In this document: one piece after another, positions 62,846 to 64,000 of the stretch
Position numbering within the stretch: position 1 is the stretch's first letter
Layout of the letters: the number at the start of each line of letters is the position of its first letter
NCBI RefSeq assembly: GCF_036588685.1
Contig: NC_086375.1
Coordinates: 17,422,001-17,486,000, forward strand
Reading direction: 5' to 3'
Source: Mytilus trossulus
Lineage: Eukaryota
DNA: 64,000 nucleotides
The notes under the pieces: model-generated
Told to the model about the DNA's origin: nothing
What the model saw: the letters and a program-made list of their open reading frames with translations, nothing else
Database searches by the model: none
Made by a program: the position numbers and the translations under genes

Positions 62846-63313
62846 TTTTTTATGCCCCACCTACGATAGTAGAGGGGCATTACGTTTTCTGGTCTGTTGC
62901 TCCGTTCGTTCGTCCGTCCGTCCGTCCGTCCGTTCGTTCGTCCCCAGGTTAAAGTTTTTGGTCTAGGTAGTTTTTGATGAAGATGAAGTCCAATCAACTT
63001 GAAACGTAGTATACTTATTGCTTGTGATATGATCTTTCTAATTTTAAAGCCAAATTAGACCTTTGACCCCAATTTCACGGTCAACTGAACATGTAAAATG
63101 AAAGTGGGATTTTCAGGCTAAAGTTTTTGGTCAAGGTAGTTTTTGATGAAGCTGAAGTCCAATCAACTTGAAACTTAGTACACTTGATACTTATGATATG
63201 ATATTTCTAATTTTAAAGCCAAATTAGACTTTTGATTCCAATTTCACGGTCCATGGAACATGGAAAATGATAGTGCCAGTGGGGCATCCGTGTACTTTGG
63301 ACACATTCTTGTT
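62846..63313 (+). mobile_element. Helentron-associated non-autonomous element (HINE/DINE-like)
   Basis: 5' ATGCCCCAC with nearby GGGGCAT, (GTCC)n microsatellite, two ~169-bp core repeats (62946, 63115), 3' GTGGGGCAT plus short hairpin, T-rich flanks. Confidence 0.8.
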
Positions 63314-64000
63314 TTTTAATGTTCGTCAATGTGTGTGTATTGGCTTTCATTTTTTGGTGGTTTGTTTTGTATATGCGACTCTTTGTATTTCTTTTGTTCT
63401 TATTACGTCACTCTTTACTTTAAAAGATCCCGTCAGTATTTTTTTGGTCTATTTTATGTCATTATGATATATTTCTATTGTGAATTACTATATACGTTGA
63501 ACCACAAACGTCAACATCATTCAATCGCGTAGTGGAATTAACTATTTTTGGATTCTCATAAATTCTGCCTATAACTTTTGGACTAGTTTAAATCTCGGTC
63601 TATTTCTGTAATTTGTTCTTACATATTTTTGATTTTTTAACTCTGTACGCTCACATTGCCTATGCAAATTTTAAAACTGTTTGTATGCACATTGAACGAC
63701 AAATTTATGTGACGTATAAAAATTTTATGACGTCAGACACTCGAGTCAATCCATGTGTTCGTAGATAGATGTTTTTTTGTTCTGTTAAATTGTCCCTTTT
63801 TAAATTGTTATGCGATGATGACTGATGTACCCATATTTTGACTATTTTATTAATTGTGACTGTTTATGTAACGCATCATGTAAATATAACGGAATTTGAT
63901 GAGACTGTTATTAAAGAGAGAGGGTAAGCGCTATAGAATCAGGTTTAATCCACCATTTTCTACATTTGAAAATGCCTGTACCAAGTCAGGAATATGACAG

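Overview
AT-rich, intron-containing animal DNA. The repeat families suggest a bivalve, most likely Mytilus (inference). Genes reconstructed by hand from splice sites and reading frames: (1) the 5' three coding exons of an angiomotin-family gene (minus strand, runs off the left edge); (2) a 189-aa, 3-exon globin (minus strand) with a myristoylation plus polybasic N-terminus, apparently lacking the distal His and possibly the proximal His; (3) a tandem array of three secreted alpha/beta-hydrolase-fold paralogues (plus strand). Copy A keeps the Ser-Asp-His triad but has no exons 6-7. Copies B and C are complete but have lost the nucleophile Ser and the catalytic His. Copy B has two intact versions of exon 2 only 58 nt apart, which are candidate mutually exclusive exons. 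Non-coding DNA holds many hammerhead-ribozyme retrozyme copies (~355-bp monomers), Penelope-like RT fragments and their 3' tails, Kolobok- and Harbinger-type non-autonomous elements, a foldback element, a Helentron-type element and an orphan Rab32/29-like exon. Most short ORFs in the supplied track are spurious.
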